Part shown: positions 17,390-30,300 of the stretch, one piece after another
Layout of the letters: each line of letters begins with the position of its first letter
Position numbering within the stretch: the stretch's first letter is position 1
IMG/VR virus record: IMGVR_UViG_3300035180_000254
Length of the DNA: 64,000 nucleotides
Origin: a virus
Reading direction: 5' to 3' (one strand)
Made by a program: the position numbers and the translations under genes
The notes under the pieces: generated by a model
What the model was told of the DNA's origin: nothing
The model's database searches: none
The model's input: the letters and a program-made list of their open reading frames with translations, nothing else

Positions 17390-19258
17390 GTGGAACACCG
17401 GCTGATTCAAGGTGGTGAGCAGTTCCTCCCGTTTGCCCGCAGTCGCATCAAAGCTCTGCGGGCGACGGGGCTGCAACACGCGAGTCAGCAGTTCGAGATC
17501 GACGGTGTTTCCATCAAAGCCCGCATTGACGGCGAGCACGACTACATCACCCTCTCGGGAGGCGTCAGCATCCTGAGTGGCGTGGTGCAGGGCGGCACCA
17601 TCGTCAGCGCCCCGCCGCCCGGCTCCCCACCAGGCACAGCCTCAGTCCCATCCCTGAGCAAGTTCAAGCCCACGACCCAGTGCTACAAGCTGGCCCTGGG
17701 CAGTGACCCGGCCAAGAGCCCGAATACCTACAACTACGAGCCCAAACTGTCCACGCTGCGCGACAGCTCCATCACCACCGCATCCTACTTCGGCCACACG
17801 ACCAGCCAGCACGGTGACCTGCGTGCCAGCATGTACTCCGGCATCATGGCGAAGGTCGTCCAGTTCCTGGTGGGCCTGGGGCGGACAAAGGTCAACCCGG
17901 CAGATGTGGTGGTCAAGTACAACTGGCAGTTCTCAGTCTGCCACGGTGTGATCCTCGACCCAGATAAGAAGCCGTGGCTGGTGGAGATCAGTGCGGCGCG
18001 TGGCGTCATCGCCATGAAGTTGCCGATGCTGGCTGGCAAGAAGACTGGTTCCGACGCACTGCGCGAGATGGTCAAGCTGATCGGCGGCATCCCTACCGGA
18101 GAGACATTCCCGGCGAGCATCACGGCAGGTCTTGCGGCAGGCACGATCTTCCAGCTAATCTCAGTCGCTGGCATGTCAGCGTTCTTCGGGAAGACCTCAT
18201 ACAGCGATGACATGGGGTGGTCATTCGATGACACCGGTAGCGAGGCGCACAACACCTGCCTGGGGGTGATCAGTGGGGCCAACGGCGGATACCACTACAA
18301 GCTAGGGTTTACGTTTGCTCAGAATCCAGACAAGACCTATACCCCTTCGGCTTCGCTCACCCAGGTCAGCGCGAACAAACTGAGCCACGCACCGTCTTTC
18401 AGCTTCTTCGACCGGACGAACGTGTCGGGGTCTGGAACCGGCAATACCTCGCTTTCTGCAAACGCACTTGCCGACGCGGAGTCGCCAACACTACTCGCAT
18501 GCCACATCAACGGGCAGCTTGTGCTTGTGCAAAATCTGGACGGCAAAGGCAGCGTGCTTTCGAGCGTCACTACAGGGTCTGGCACCATCCCAATACCCGC
18601 GACATATTTCCCTGGGCACGACCCGGCCAATCCGCCAGTCCAGATACTGGTCCCTGCTCACATCTCGTTCAATCAGACTGCGGTTACTGAACCGACGTAC
18701 GGGCTGCGCATCACGGGGACTGAATTCTCTACACCAGAGACCACCTCGATCTTCGACCAGAATCCAGTGATAACTAACGAGCTCGACTATTTCCAGGTCG
18801 ACGCCGCAACCACCATCCAGCCAGTGTGGGCACTGGCTGGATGGTGGTGTAGCGGGTGCAGGGATGGGTTCCGCATAGTGGCGCGAACTGCAAGTGTCGG
18901 CATCTCCAGGACATCTTCCTACATCGGTTCCACATACCCCGGAGGCCCGCAGACGTTCCCGACGTACCCGGCTGACACAACTGCGGACAACAGGTACTTC
19001 ACTGGCATCGTGTTCCGCGAGCAGTTGGTGCCATACAAGTCGGCCTTATACAGCGTAGCACCGACACTGACCGACGGCTGGGCGGGAATAACTCCGCGCC
19101 CCCAATACGACATTGTGTACAGCACCTTCGGTGCCACGCCGCAGATGGTCCACACCGAGTGGGACGGGGCAAACTATGCGACCCACACCACGGGCGCCTT
19201 AGCTGATGCCGCGAGCTACACCCCCAACTACTACTCCTACGTGGGATACACAACATGA
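17390..19258 (+). CDS. virion structural protein (large tail component)
   Basis: 622-aa ORF with a GTG start 3 nt after the upstream stop. Confidence 0.65.
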   Translation: MEHRLIQGGEQFLPFARSRIKALRATGLQHASQQFEIDGVSIKARIDGEHDYITLSGGVSILSGVVQGGTIVSAPPPGSPPGTASVPSLSKFKPTTQCYKLALGSDPAKSPNTYNYEPKLSTLRDSSITTASYFGHTTSQHGDLRASMYSGIMAKVVQFLVGLGRTKVNPADVVVKYNWQFSVCHGVILDPDKKPWLVEISAARGVIAMKLPMLAGKKTGSDALREMVKLIGGIPTGETFPASITAGLAAGTIFQLISVAGMSAFFGKTSYSDDMGWSFDDTGSEAHNTCLGVISGANGGYHYKLGFTFAQNPDKTYTPSASLTQVSANKLSHAPSFSFFDRTNVSGSGTGNTSLSANALADAESPTLLACHINGQLVLVQNLDGKGSVLSSVTTGSGTIPIPATYFPGHDPANPPVQILVPAHISFNQTAVTEPTYGLRITGTEFSTPETTSIFDQNPVITNELDYFQVDAATTIQPVWALAGWWCSGCRDGFRIVARTASVGISRTSSYIGSTYPGGPQTFPTYPADTTADNRYFTGIVFREQLVPYKSALYSVAPTLTDGWAGITPRPQYDIVYSTFGATPQMVHTEWDGANYATHTTGALADAASYTPNYYSYVGYTT

Positions 19259-20331
19259 GCAATGACGCCAACCTGATCTACATTGCGCCCACCGTGGCAG
19301 CGTATGGTGGCGCGAACATCGCCTGGCAGATGCCCTTCCCCGTGCTGGCAGCGGCGGGCCACGACGCGAGCGGTGAGCGGGCCTTCGCGGGCACCATGCC
19401 GTCTGCCACGCTGTCTGCCCGAGGCGGCGCGAATGCTGCACTCGAAGCACCCATGGGGCTGCTCACCATCACGGCCACATCCGTCGGGTTGGGCACTGCC
19501 GCGCTGGCCATGCCCGCACCTACGCTCGCCTCCAGCGCCACAGCCACAGGCAAGGGCAGCGCAGCGCTGACCTTCGGCTCCATCGGGGTGAACACCTACA
19601 GCCTGGTGGGCTACTCCGGCGCGGTGCTCTCCGTGACTCTGACTGGCGGCTACACCCTCGCGGCCACCGGCACCACCGGCAACGTGGGCGGCGCTGCCCT
19701 CACGCTGCCTCTGTACGACCTGACGGCCTCTGGCTCCCAGCCCAACATGGGCGACGCCTCGCTGCTCATGCCCTCTGCGCGGTTGGGTGCCCAGGCCCAG
19801 GCATGGCTGGCCATGCCGAGCGCCACGCTCACCGCCGTCGGCACCGCCGTGGTGGCCGTGACCTACGAGGCCTATGCAGTGAACCTGAACCACACCCCCC
19901 GCCCCGGCGTGGACCTTGTGGACGAAGTGACCCACTACACGAACTACGCGTTTGATCGCATCGTGCGCTACAAGAACAGCTACTACGGCATGAACAGCAC
20001 TGGCCTGTACCTGCTCGAAGGTGTGACCACGGACACCTGGGCCGTGCAGACCGCCGAGACGGACTTCAAGTCTGCGCAGAAGAAAACCGTGGAGACGGCC
20101 TACTTCGGCGGGCGCATGCCACCGGCCAGCACCGTGAGTCTGATCGCCCGCGAGAACGCAGCCAACACCTACAACTACACCACCCCGCGCGGGGCTCACG
20201 CGCAGAACTATCGCCAAGCCTTTGGGCGCGGCATCAAGGCTCGGTACTACGCCCTCGGCCTGTCCGGCACCGATCATTTTGACCTCGACTCCGTCACGCT
20301 CAATGTGACCACCCTCGCACGAAAGGTATAA
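19255..20331 (+). CDS. virion structural protein
   Basis: 358-aa ORF. ATGA overlap with the upstream gene. Confidence 0.65.
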   Translation: MSNDANLIYIAPTVAAYGGANIAWQMPFPVLAAAGHDASGERAFAGTMPSATLSARGGANAALEAPMGLLTITATSVGLGTAALAMPAPTLASSATATGKGSAALTFGSIGVNTYSLVGYSGAVLSVTLTGGYTLAATGTTGNVGGAALTLPLYDLTASGSQPNMGDASLLMPSARLGAQAQAWLAMPSATLTAVGTAVVAVTYEAYAVNLNHTPRPGVDLVDEVTHYTNYAFDRIVRYKNSYYGMNSTGLYLLEGVTTDTWAVQTAETDFKSAQKKTVETAYFGGRMPPASTVSLIARENAANTYNYTTPRGAHAQNYRQAFGRGIKARYYALGLSGTDHFDLDSVTLNVTTLARKV

Positions 20332-20334
20332 GCC

Positions 20335-22236
20335 ATGGCCGCAGATGTCACCTCCCTAATCTCCAACGCGCAGGGTTACACGACCTCGCTCGTCACGCAG
20401 GCGACCAATGCCATGCAGCAGGCCGTCACCACGGCTGGTTCCATTGGCTACTCTGTGCCGAACTACACGCTGGCCACACTGCCGAACTTGCCCAGCGCCA
20501 CCATCGACCTCACACTGCCCACGCTGACCGACGCCACGATGGAAGCGCCACCCGAGCCGACTGATGGCCTCGTGTTCCAGGACATCCCGACCATGGACGC
20601 AGGCGTGGCTCCCAGCCTGGCCGCGACCCTGCCCACGATCACGCTGCCGACCGACCCGTCCCAGCTCGCAGCCTTCACCGATGTGGCTCCGGCCATCAAC
20701 ACCTCCATCGCATTCCCTGACCCTCCGGCTGCGCTGCTGGACCCGCTCCTGGACGCACCCACCTTCGCAGACCACGCTGTGCCGGACGCGCCCCAGGTGC
20801 TGCTGCCTTCGTTCACGGCCACTGCGCCCGTGGATGGCACCGTCGCGCCGACGAACCTGGATACGGTGTTCGGCAACTCGTACGCCAGCGCTGCACCCAG
20901 CATGCAGGCTGCTGTGGCCGGGTATGTGGACTCCATGATGGCGAAGTACAACCCGCAGTACAGCGCCCAGATGTCGGCCATCGAAGCCCAGCTGAGCAAG
21001 TACCTGGCGGGCGGCACCGGACTGAACGCTGCTGCCGAGAACGCCATCTACGAACGCAGCAAGAGCAAGGTCAACGCCGAGGCACTGCGTGTGCGTGACC
21101 AGGCCCTGGCCGACGCTGCCACACGCGGCTTCACCATGCCCAGCGGCGCGCTCCTGTCTGCTACCCAGCAGGCACGCCAAGGCGGTGCCGACAACAACGC
21201 CCGCGCCGCTGCCGAGATCGTGGTCATGCAGGCTGAGATGGAGCAGAAGAACCTCCAGTTCGCCGTGACCACTTCCACCGGTCTGCGTACCTCCATGCTG
21301 AACGCGGCGCTCTCCTACATGCAGAACCTGTCCACCATCAACGGCCAGGCTCTGGAGTACGGCAAGACTGTGCTGAATGCCGTGGTCGAGACCTACAACA
21401 CTGCGGTGAAGGCATTCGAGGTGAAGCTCGAAGCCTACAAGGCCGATGCCATGGTCTATGAGACCCGACTCAAAGCGGCCATGGCTGGGGTGGAGCTGTA
21501 CAAGGCAGAGATCGACGCACTGCAAGCACTGACCACTGTGGACCACGCCGAGATCGAGATCTACCGCGCTCGCATTGAATCCCTCGTCTCTGTGTCCAAC
21601 CTGTACCGCACGCAGATCGAAGCGGTGCAGGGCCGCGTCGGACTGGAGAAGCTGAAGCTCGAAATGTTCCAAGCCCAGGTGCAGACCTACGCCACTCAGG
21701 TGCAGGCCAAGAGCGCCGAGTGGCAGGGCTATACCGCCGCCATCGGTGGACAGACTGCCAAGGCCCAGGTCTACGAGACCCAGGTCCGCGCCTTCGGTGC
21801 CCAGGTGAACGCCTACCAAGCCGTCGTGTCTGCCAAGGCCGAGGTGATCCGCGCCGCTGCCGCGACCAATCAGGCCCGCGCCAGCCAGTATCAGGCCCAG
21901 ATGAGCGGCTACAGCACACTGGTGCAAGCCCGTGGTGAGGTGGCCCGCACTAAGATCGAAAACCAGCGTCAGGTGATCCTGGCCTACCAAGCCAAGGTGC
22001 AGGCGCAGATCGGCAACGCCCAGGTCCAGCAGAGCTACTACAAGGCCGCTGCCGATGTCGCCATCGCTCGTGCAGAAGGCGACATCAAAGCCCAGATCGC
22101 GGGCATCGACAGCCAGCGCGCATTCAACACGACGATCAGCCAGCTGGGCACGGCGAATGCGAACATCTTTGCCAACCTGGCCAGCTCGGCGCTCTCGGGC
22201 ATGAACACCCTGGTGGCGCAGACTGCGGCGAGCTAA
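20335..22236 (+). CDS. internal virion/ejection-type protein (putative)
   Basis: 633 aa. The C-terminal half is Ala/Gln/Val-rich, long and helical (coiled-coil-like), as in podovirus core proteins. Confidence 0.55.
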   Translation: MAADVTSLISNAQGYTTSLVTQATNAMQQAVTTAGSIGYSVPNYTLATLPNLPSATIDLTLPTLTDATMEAPPEPTDGLVFQDIPTMDAGVAPSLAATLPTITLPTDPSQLAAFTDVAPAINTSIAFPDPPAALLDPLLDAPTFADHAVPDAPQVLLPSFTATAPVDGTVAPTNLDTVFGNSYASAAPSMQAAVAGYVDSMMAKYNPQYSAQMSAIEAQLSKYLAGGTGLNAAAENAIYERSKSKVNAEALRVRDQALADAATRGFTMPSGALLSATQQARQGGADNNARAAAEIVVMQAEMEQKNLQFAVTTSTGLRTSMLNAALSYMQNLSTINGQALEYGKTVLNAVVETYNTAVKAFEVKLEAYKADAMVYETRLKAAMAGVELYKAEIDALQALTTVDHAEIEIYRARIESLVSVSNLYRTQIEAVQGRVGLEKLKLEMFQAQVQTYATQVQAKSAEWQGYTAAIGGQTAKAQVYETQVRAFGAQVNAYQAVVSAKAEVIRAAAATNQARASQYQAQMSGYSTLVQARGEVARTKIENQRQVILAYQAKVQAQIGNAQVQQSYYKAAADVAIARAEGDIKAQIAGIDSQRAFNTTISQLGTANANIFANLASSALSGMNTLVAQTAAS

Positions 22237-22261
22237 GATGTGGCCTCAGATTGGAGGCCAT

Positions 22262-22447
22262 ATGAATAAATTCGACGACCCCATTGAGCGCGTCATGGTA
22301 GACCTCAAAGGAGCTGCGCAAGGGTTCAGGGACGGCCTCCGCGACGGGCAACGTACGGAAGAACCGACGGCCACCAGCACATGGGCTAAGGTCGTACTGT
22401 GGGCTGTGGCTGCGGTTGTGGTGCTCGCGGTGATGGTGCGGCTGTAA
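22262..22447 (+). CDS. small membrane protein
   Basis: GGAGG RBS 5 nt before the ATG at 22262; an alternative ATG lies at 22238. C-terminal TM segment VVLWAVAAVVVLAVMV. Confidence 0.55.
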   Translation: MNKFDDPIERVMVDLKGAAQGFRDGLRDGQRTEEPTATSTWAKVVLWAVAAVVVLAVMVRL

Positions 22448-22534
22448 ACGACCTACGGGTGGGCGCTAAGCGCTAAAATACCGCCATCCCACTGGAGCTG
22501 CAGGCTATGAAGGTGCTTCCCTCAAGGAGCACCC

Positions 22535-24346
22535 ATGGCTACCAACGTCTCTCTCCGACCCAACTGGGCGTACGGCACTAACGATGCAGGCGCTCCGGGG
22601 CGCGTACCCGATATGGGTGCCCCCGGCCCGTACACTCCGCAGCCCCAAGCGGCCCCGGCGCCCGGCACCTCCCCCTACGCCGCAGGCAACGCGACGGCGC
22701 AAGACGTAGCCGACAAGTACCGCCTGCGCCAGCCTGCCTACGACGCTGCGCAGCGTATGAAGGCCGCATCCGGCATCGAAGCGCCCCGCGCCGGTACTGC
22801 CGGTGCGCTCGCTGGCATCGCCATAGGTTCCGCCGCCGAGTCGGCTGGTACCCCCACGGCGAACTACCGTCGACGCCTGGGTATGGACCCGAACGGCGAC
22901 GACCTGGCTGGCGACCTCGGGGCACGAACCGTGGGCGTCATGTCCGACTTCGGCGCGAAGGTTCTGGACGCCCCGGTGGACCTCCTGAACGCAGGCTCCC
23001 GTATGTTCGGCGGCAAGGGCGACATGCAGCTCCCTGACGGCTCGTTCTCCGACAGTATCCGTCGTCAAGACGGCGAGAACCCCACGCCCGACGCTGCGGC
23101 CCCCCTAACCCCTAACCCCTCCCTACGCCCTGCCACTGGCGCTGGCGCTGGCCGGGCCAGCCCTGGCTTCGACGACCCACGCCGTGTGGATCGTGACCCC
23201 TCGCGCGCGAGTCTGGGCACCATGCGCGACTACACCAACGAGCTGGCCAACGTGCCCAGAGACCTGCCCGGCGACCTGCGCCAAGGCGTGATCTACAAGA
23301 CCAAGGGCGCGCACGGCGAGACCGTGTACAGCGGCAAGAACGTCACCGGCGACGCGCAGCTTGTGGACGGGAAGGGCGCGACCATCCAAGGCGGCGGCTC
23401 CGTGAGCACCGTGCCCGGCGTGGACCCAGCTGCTGTACGCCAAGCGCTGGCCAATCCTGACGGCTCTCGCTGGAGCGCTGGCGACAACGCCATCATGGCT
23501 GCGAACCTGCGCGACGGTGTGGACCCCTACCGTGGCACCTCGCGCCAAACTGGCGCAGGCAAGGACGCCCAGATGGACAGCCTGCGTGCCCTGGCCTCGA
23601 ACCCCAATGCCATTGGCCACAACGGCGCTGCGCGCCTGTTGGGCACACTCATGGGCGATGACACCGCCCGACGCGGTCAGGACATCAACGAGAACGAAAA
23701 CATCCGCAACAACATGACCCAGCTGCGCGGTCAGGACATGACCAACCTGACGGCGCGCGCGCGCATGCAGTACGACATGAATAAGGACCAGCGCGACTTC
23801 GCCGCTGGCCGCAGCGACGCCGACTTCACCCAGCGCCAAGCTGCCAAGAAGGCGATGGACGAGCAGATCGACGCGCGCTTCACTGACCCTGCCACCGGCA
23901 AGGTGGACCCGGTGAAGGCCGATGAATACAAGCAGTTCATGAACAATGGCATCGCCGACACAGCCGCGAAGCTGAAGGCCTCCAACGACCCGCGTGAGCA
24001 GGCCCTGGGCAAGAAGCTCGATGGCCGCAGCTACGCCGACATGGACCCTGAGGACCACTCCGCGATGGAGCAGCTCTGGCAGAACCGTGAAGCCTCCCGC
24101 AAGGCCAACGGCTGGATGCCGACCACCGGCAATTTCACCGATAGTCTGCGCCCCAAGGACTGGGCACCTACCGGTGTGGACAGCCGCACCATCGGCGGTG
24201 ACCACGTGCAATTCAAGAACGGCTCGCACGTGTCTGTGAACGACCTGACCGGCAGCACGCTGGGTCTCGGCCCCAAGCAGACCGCTGCGTTCGACCCGAC
24301 CCTGCGCGCCGCGCAGGAAGCACAACTCCGCCGCCAAGGACGCTAA
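22535..24346 (+). CDS. internal virion/ejection-type protein (putative)
   Basis: 603 aa with an AAGGAGCACCC ATG RBS. Low-complexity Pro/Ala/Gly N-terminus. Sits just upstream of the giant gene. Confidence 0.55.
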   Translation: MATNVSLRPNWAYGTNDAGAPGRVPDMGAPGPYTPQPQAAPAPGTSPYAAGNATAQDVADKYRLRQPAYDAAQRMKAASGIEAPRAGTAGALAGIAIGSAAESAGTPTANYRRRLGMDPNGDDLAGDLGARTVGVMSDFGAKVLDAPVDLLNAGSRMFGGKGDMQLPDGSFSDSIRRQDGENPTPDAAAPLTPNPSLRPATGAGAGRASPGFDDPRRVDRDPSRASLGTMRDYTNELANVPRDLPGDLRQGVIYKTKGAHGETVYSGKNVTGDAQLVDGKGATIQGGGSVSTVPGVDPAAVRQALANPDGSRWSAGDNAIMAANLRDGVDPYRGTSRQTGAGKDAQMDSLRALASNPNAIGHNGAARLLGTLMGDDTARRGQDINENENIRNNMTQLRGQDMTNLTARARMQYDMNKDQRDFAAGRSDADFTQRQAAKKAMDEQIDARFTDPATGKVDPVKADEYKQFMNNGIADTAAKLKASNDPREQALGKKLDGRSYADMDPEDHSAMEQLWQNREASRKANGWMPTTGNFTDSLRPKDWAPTGVDSRTIGGDHVQFKNGSHVSVNDLTGSTLGLGPKQTAAFDPTLRAAQEAQLRRQGR

Positions 24347-24349
24347 GCC

Positions 24350-27300
24350 ATGGGAATTCTCGCCGACGCACTACGCTCGCAAGCCGCTGCCACGGACGAC
24401 GGTCCCTACCAGGCCCCCGAGTCCGAACCCTCCAAGGGCCTGCGCGGTGGCGTGGCGTCTCTGAGTGCCCAGCTCAACGCCTTCGCCGGTAGCGCTGGCC
24501 GGTCCGCTGGACTGACCAACTTCGCCGATGGCCGCGATGAGGCCGTCCGACGGAACCTCGCCGAGGCCCAAGAGGCCGACCGAGCAGCCGCCACCCCCAC
24601 CTGGGACGGCGTGCATGACCTACGCAGCGGCCTGAACTGGGCTGGCTACAAGGCAGGCCAAGCGCTCCCGGCCCTGGTCGGTGGTGTCGCGGCTGGTGCT
24701 GCTGGTGCCGCCGCCGCCCCGGCGCTGGGTATAGGTGCTGGCGTAGGTGCCCTGGCTGGCTCGACCCTGGCCTTCACCCCGGTGAACGCGGGCGACATCG
24801 CCCTGCGCAACCCGAACAGCGCTTTCAGCACCCAACTGGCTGGTGGTGCGATCTCCGCGCTGGCCGAAAACGCCCTGCCCGGTGCGCTCGGCGGGCGTTT
24901 GGCAGGTGCGGGCCTGCGCGAGGGTGCCACGCAAGCAGCAAAACGAACACTCAGTCAGACAATCCAGCACCAAGGGGCCGAGAACATCCTGGGCCAGGGC
25001 GCTGCCATGGGCGTCGGTGAGGGCGTCAAGCAGGCCGCTTCAGGGCAGGAGTACGACGACGCAGCCATGAAAGACGCCGCTTTGGGCGGCGCGGTCATGG
25101 GCATACCCCTGGCCGGTGGCCATGTGGCCGCTGATGTGCTGACCGGCACCCCGGTCAAGGGCGTGAATGCTATCAGGGACGCAGCCAAAGCGGCCAAGGA
25201 CAGGGTTTCTGAGGCTACTGGCACCCCTGGTAGCCCGGAGGTCCCCGAGGCCCCCAAATCGCCCAGTCCGCTGGAGCGCATGCGCAAGGCCTTCACCCCC
25301 AAGGAAGACGATGGCCTGGCCAAGGTCGCCGAGGGCCAGCCGCTGAACACCGAGAACGAAATTGCCGGTGCTGCGGGTCAGGAAGCCAACGACAAGACCG
25401 CCTTCGAGAAGGTCCGCGCCAGCCTGAGCGAGATGGCCGAGGACGTGGGTATCTCCCCCGAGATGCGCCAGTCGGCCAAGGACACTTTGGACAACCTGGC
25501 CAGTCACCCTTCTGCGGTGCGTATGGGTGCAACCCTGGCCAGCGGCTGGAAAGCAGCCAAGGAAAAAGCCGAGGGCCTGAAGGACTTCGTCACTGACAGC
25601 GTGAAGGACTTCAACGCCCGCCAGGAGAACCCTGGCGGTACGGACGCCCGCATCACCGACAAGGACTCCAACACCATCGACGCGGATGCCAAGGAGGTCA
25701 AACGCTCCGACGACTTCTCCGGTGAGCGCAAGGTGCTGACCGACGTGGCGGCTCCGTGGCTCCAGAAGAACAGCCCCGACACCTTGAACGACCCCGAGGC
25801 GATGAAGAACGTCGGCGAGCTGTTCCGCCAGGTCCTGCACCACACCTACACCTCCGACGCGCCGCTGCCCGAGGGGATCAAGAACGGCCTGTTCCAGCAC
25901 TTCGGCGACGACACGACCAAGCTGCTGGACCAGATGAATGCCGCCCGTGGCGACACGCCTCCAGCGCAGCTGGTGAAGCACGCAGACCAGATGGGCAATC
26001 TGGCCGCAGACCAGAAGGCCTTCGGCTCCCTGAAAGGCATGGTGCAGAAGGCCCTGGAGGAGAACGGCCACGCCGACTCCATGGACGCGGGCGAACTGAC
26101 CCGTCACATGATGGACTGGTATGCACGCGATCCGCGCAACCGCGAGGGCGCTGGCACCGACGAGTTCCTGGTCGCCAAGGCCAGCAACGAAGCCCGTCAG
26201 GTACAGGACCTGATGGAGTCCACTTTGGGCAAGCACACCAAGAAAATCCAGAAGGCTCTGGAGTCCGAGATTCTGCGCCAGCGTGGCGTGCATGAAGAAG
26301 CCACCGCTGGCCGGGGCCGAGACCTGCCCGACGAAGACGAGCACATGTACGACGAGGGTGAGGGCGACAACAACTCCAGCGACCCGGCCATGGACCGTGT
26401 GCAGTATGGCGGTGGCAAGAGCAAGAACCAGCCGCTGTATGACCCGGCTAAGTTCAAGGCAGAGAACCGCGAGGGTCAGAACTACGGCCAGCAGGCTCTG
26501 TATGACGCTCAGGCCAAGCACCCTGACCGCAAGGTGGCCTGGAAATCCGAGAAAGAACTGGGCGTGGGCAAGGGCCGTGAGGACCACGGCTTTGTGGTGG
26601 CCGAGAAGCTGGCTGACAGCGACGGCTTCCAAGGCCAGGACTACAAGCGCATGGCGTTCAACACGAAGTCCTACGGCGGCGACAAGGCTCACCCCTCCCG
26701 CATCGACGTGGACGGCCACACGCTGGACGCCACCAAGATCGAACGCGCCGGTGCCAAGCACATGCAGCGCACCGGCATCGCCCCCGAAGGTGACGCACTG
26801 GCGCGCAAGAACCAGGCCCTGCTGCACGGCATCTCGCAGCTGATGATTGAGCACCCCGAGTTCAAGCCCAGCCCTGATCTGGTGGTGCGCCACACGGACG
26901 GCAAGCCCGTCACGCTGAAAGAGATCAAGGGCGCAGACACCGTAGGTGTGCGCTCCTCCGCACGTACCAAGGCCCAAGAGACCCTGGACGGCATGGAGAC
27001 CCATGAGATCGAGAGCATCTACCGGCGCAACCACAACGCCATCAAAGAAGCTGAAGACAAACTGCGCGAACACGTGGCCGGTCTGGTGGCCCAGCGTGAA
27101 AGCGAGATAGGCGCTGAGCTGCCAGCATGGCGCGCACGCGAGCTGAAGTACGAGCTGTTCAAGGACAAGGACCTGCGCGAGCACTTCGGACTGAACGAGT
27201 TGGAATCCAAAGGCCGCACCCTGAGCAGCGAGCTGTTCAAGCGCGAGCGCAGCGACTCTGCCCAGGACATGCTGGCCAAGAACGGCCAGCAGGACATCGG

Positions 27301-30300
27301 TGAGGACGCCAACATCCATCAGATTCAGTCCCTGAAGGGCTCGGGCAATAACGGTGAGCACCGCATCACGACCAACATGGACGGCACGCCGCGCTACACC
27401 CAGACCCGCAGCACCGGTGGCGGCGGTGAGAAGGCACGCGGCCACCAAGGGCACGAGGCGGTGGTGGACCGTGGGCACGAGCTGATCGCTGCGGTGCAGG
27501 CCAAGACCGGTCTGCAGAGCCGCACCGGCAACACGCTGGGTCACGCCATGCTGCAACTGTCTGAGCACATGGATGCCATGACCCCGCGCGAGCGCGCAAG
27601 CCTCGTGGCCATGACCCACCATGAGGCCACCACCGACGTGATCGCCAAGACCCTGGCCCCGCTGCAGGACAAGTACCTGGGTGCTGACTGGAAGGCCCCT
27701 GAACCGGCCAAAACTGCCAAGGGTGACGTGCCCAAGCAGAGCAACCTGAAGGACACGAAGGTCCAAGGCCCTAGCAACCACGAGCTGGGCAGCAAGGCCG
27801 ATGCGCCATGGGAGAAGGTGTTCGGCAAGGACTTCGGACGCGGTGAGGCCAAGCCCTCCGAGACTGCGGCCAAGTCCACCCGTGACCTAGCTGACAAGCG
27901 CAATGGCTCCAATCTGTTTGGGGGAAACCCCGACCCAAAAGCGGTAGCCGCCGAGAAGGCGGCTTCCTCTGGTAAGAGCTTGGAGCGCCTGCAGCGCGAG
28001 TTCCCCGACATGGCACTGCGCCGTGCCTCCCCCGAGGAGCAAGCCCACATCGACGGCGTGCTTGACCGTGTTAAGGCGTCACTCGGCGACCGCATGCCTG
28101 AGATTCAAGGAATCCAGGTCCACGACACCAACGACCAGAAGTTCGCTGGTAAAGCGGTGACCCGCGAGAGCCTGCACCACATCATCCTGAACAAGCAGCT
28201 GTTCGACGACCACACGCTGTTCACAGGCTCGTTGGAGGGTAAGGTAGAGCGCGCGGTGGCGCATGAGGTGGGGCACCTCCTCGACCGCGAGCTGGGGAAC
28301 TACTCCGACAACCACGACGACTTCTTCCGCGACGGCGATCTCCACGGAGAGATTCAGGCCGCGATGGAGAAAAACGGCACGCTCCGTCAGTGGTACGCTC
28401 AGGCGATGACCACGGCGCGCAACCCGCAGCGTGAGTTGTTCTCCCAGTCTTTTGCCCTATATCAATTCAACCCGGAGGTAATGCGTGAAGTCCTTCCAAA
28501 GACCTACGAAGCCATCAAAGCCCTCACCGAACGAGGATCGCGGGGACCAGCTGAAGCTGGGCGGGCTGGCGTACAAGCCGAAGCCGGGGGAGGTGTCAGT
28601 GTTCAGCAGGCCCGCTTCACCGAAGCCGTCCGCAAAGGCGACCCCAAAGTCCTCGAAGAGCTGAAGACCAGCAACGACCCGAAGTCGCTCCAACGCGCCG
28701 TCGAGGCGCTGGCTGGCGAGGAGCCTACACCTGAGGTGATGAAGGCCACGGACGTGGCCAACGCACGCATCGCCGAGCTACTGCACGCCAACCCCGACAC
28801 AGCCTACGGCATGCAGACCAAGAAGTACAGCCTCGAAGGCACGCTCCATGAGCGCGGCTCACGGTCTGCTACCGAGGCAGTGAAGGACTACCTGGACCGC
28901 GTCACTCCGTGGGTGCGCCAGCAGCTGGACCGGTTCATGCCGCACGCCGGTGAGTACGACCCGGCTGGCGTCATCCGCGTGGCGGTGAATGCACTAAACC
29001 CGCGCAGCACGGCCTACCACGAGTCCATGCACGCGTTCTTCCACGACCTCATGACCAAGGGCCACGGCGATGTGGTCGACGTGCTGCAGAAGGTCGCTGA
29101 CTCTCCCGTGGTGCTGGCCCAGATGAAGCAGTTCTTCAAGGATGAGATCGGCGTGCTGCGCCAGCTCAAGAATGATCCCGAAGAGCGCGTGGCCGTGATG
29201 TACCAGATGTGGGCGCAGGGCAAACTGAACCTGGCACCCAAGGCCGAGGGGCTGTTTGGTCGCATCGGTCAGTTCCTGCGCGGCCTGATAGGTCACTGGA
29301 CCAACGAAGAGCACGCCGAGCACATCATGAACTACTTCCACAGCGGTGAGTACGCTGAGGACCGCCTGGAGCCTAGCGTGGTGGCCAAGGCCCTGATGTC
29401 CAAGAACCTGACCCAGGTGGCTGCGCAAATCCGCACGCTGGCCAAGCCGCTGACCCACCTCGCTGAGGAAGTGGTCGGTTCCGGTGGCCAGAACCTGCGC
29501 GACACCAACGTGCCCTCGCTGCAGCGCATCGCTGAGCTGGTGAAGAAGAAGTACACCGACGAGGGCCGTGACGCTGGCTACATCCCGGCATCGCGTGAGG
29601 CCTACACCGAGCGTGCCAACAAGCTGGCCGGTCTGGTGGAGGGCGCTGATGAGTCTGTGCAGCGCGAGGCGCTGCAGGCGCTGCAGACCGGCAAGGTGCC
29701 GACCTCTCCTGAGGCCAAGGCCCTGCACCAAGGTATCCGCGCACTGCTCGACGAAGCACACAGCTACCTGACCGCAGCCGGTGTGAAGCTCGGTGACCTG
29801 GGCGTGGGCAAGGACTACTTCCCCCGCACCTGGGACCCGCACTACCTGTCCAAGAACAAGGAAGCGTTCATGGACATGGCGCGGCACTACCCCGAGTGGC
29901 ACAACCCCGAGGAGACCTACAACAAGCTGGTGGCCGCTGACGGTTCCGAGCTGCAAGTCGTTGGCCAGCCGGGTATGGGATCGAATAAGGAGCGTGTGCT
30001 GTCCTTCATCTCGCATGAGGACGCTGCGCCCTTCATGACCAAGGAGCTGCTGCCCATCGTGAGCAGCTACCTCCAACAGGCCACGCGCAAGGCTGAGTGG
30101 GCACGGCGCTTCGGCGGCGACAACCACCGCATGAACGAGCTGCTGGACCAGGCCCGGCGCGAAGGTGCCACGGTGCGTGACATCAAGAACACCGAGCGCT
30201 ACATCCAAGCTGTGAACGGCACACTGGGCGATGACCTGAACCCTACGGCTCGACGCCTCATGGGCGACATGATCGTGTACCAGAACATCCGTCTGCTGCC

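Noticed and set aside
20356-27781. Long minus-strand ORFs at 20356-21990 (544 aa), 23123-24337 (404 aa) and 25040-27781 (913 aa).
   Set aside because: Same artefact: stop-poor antisense frames of GC-rich structural genes. They do not fit the operon context.
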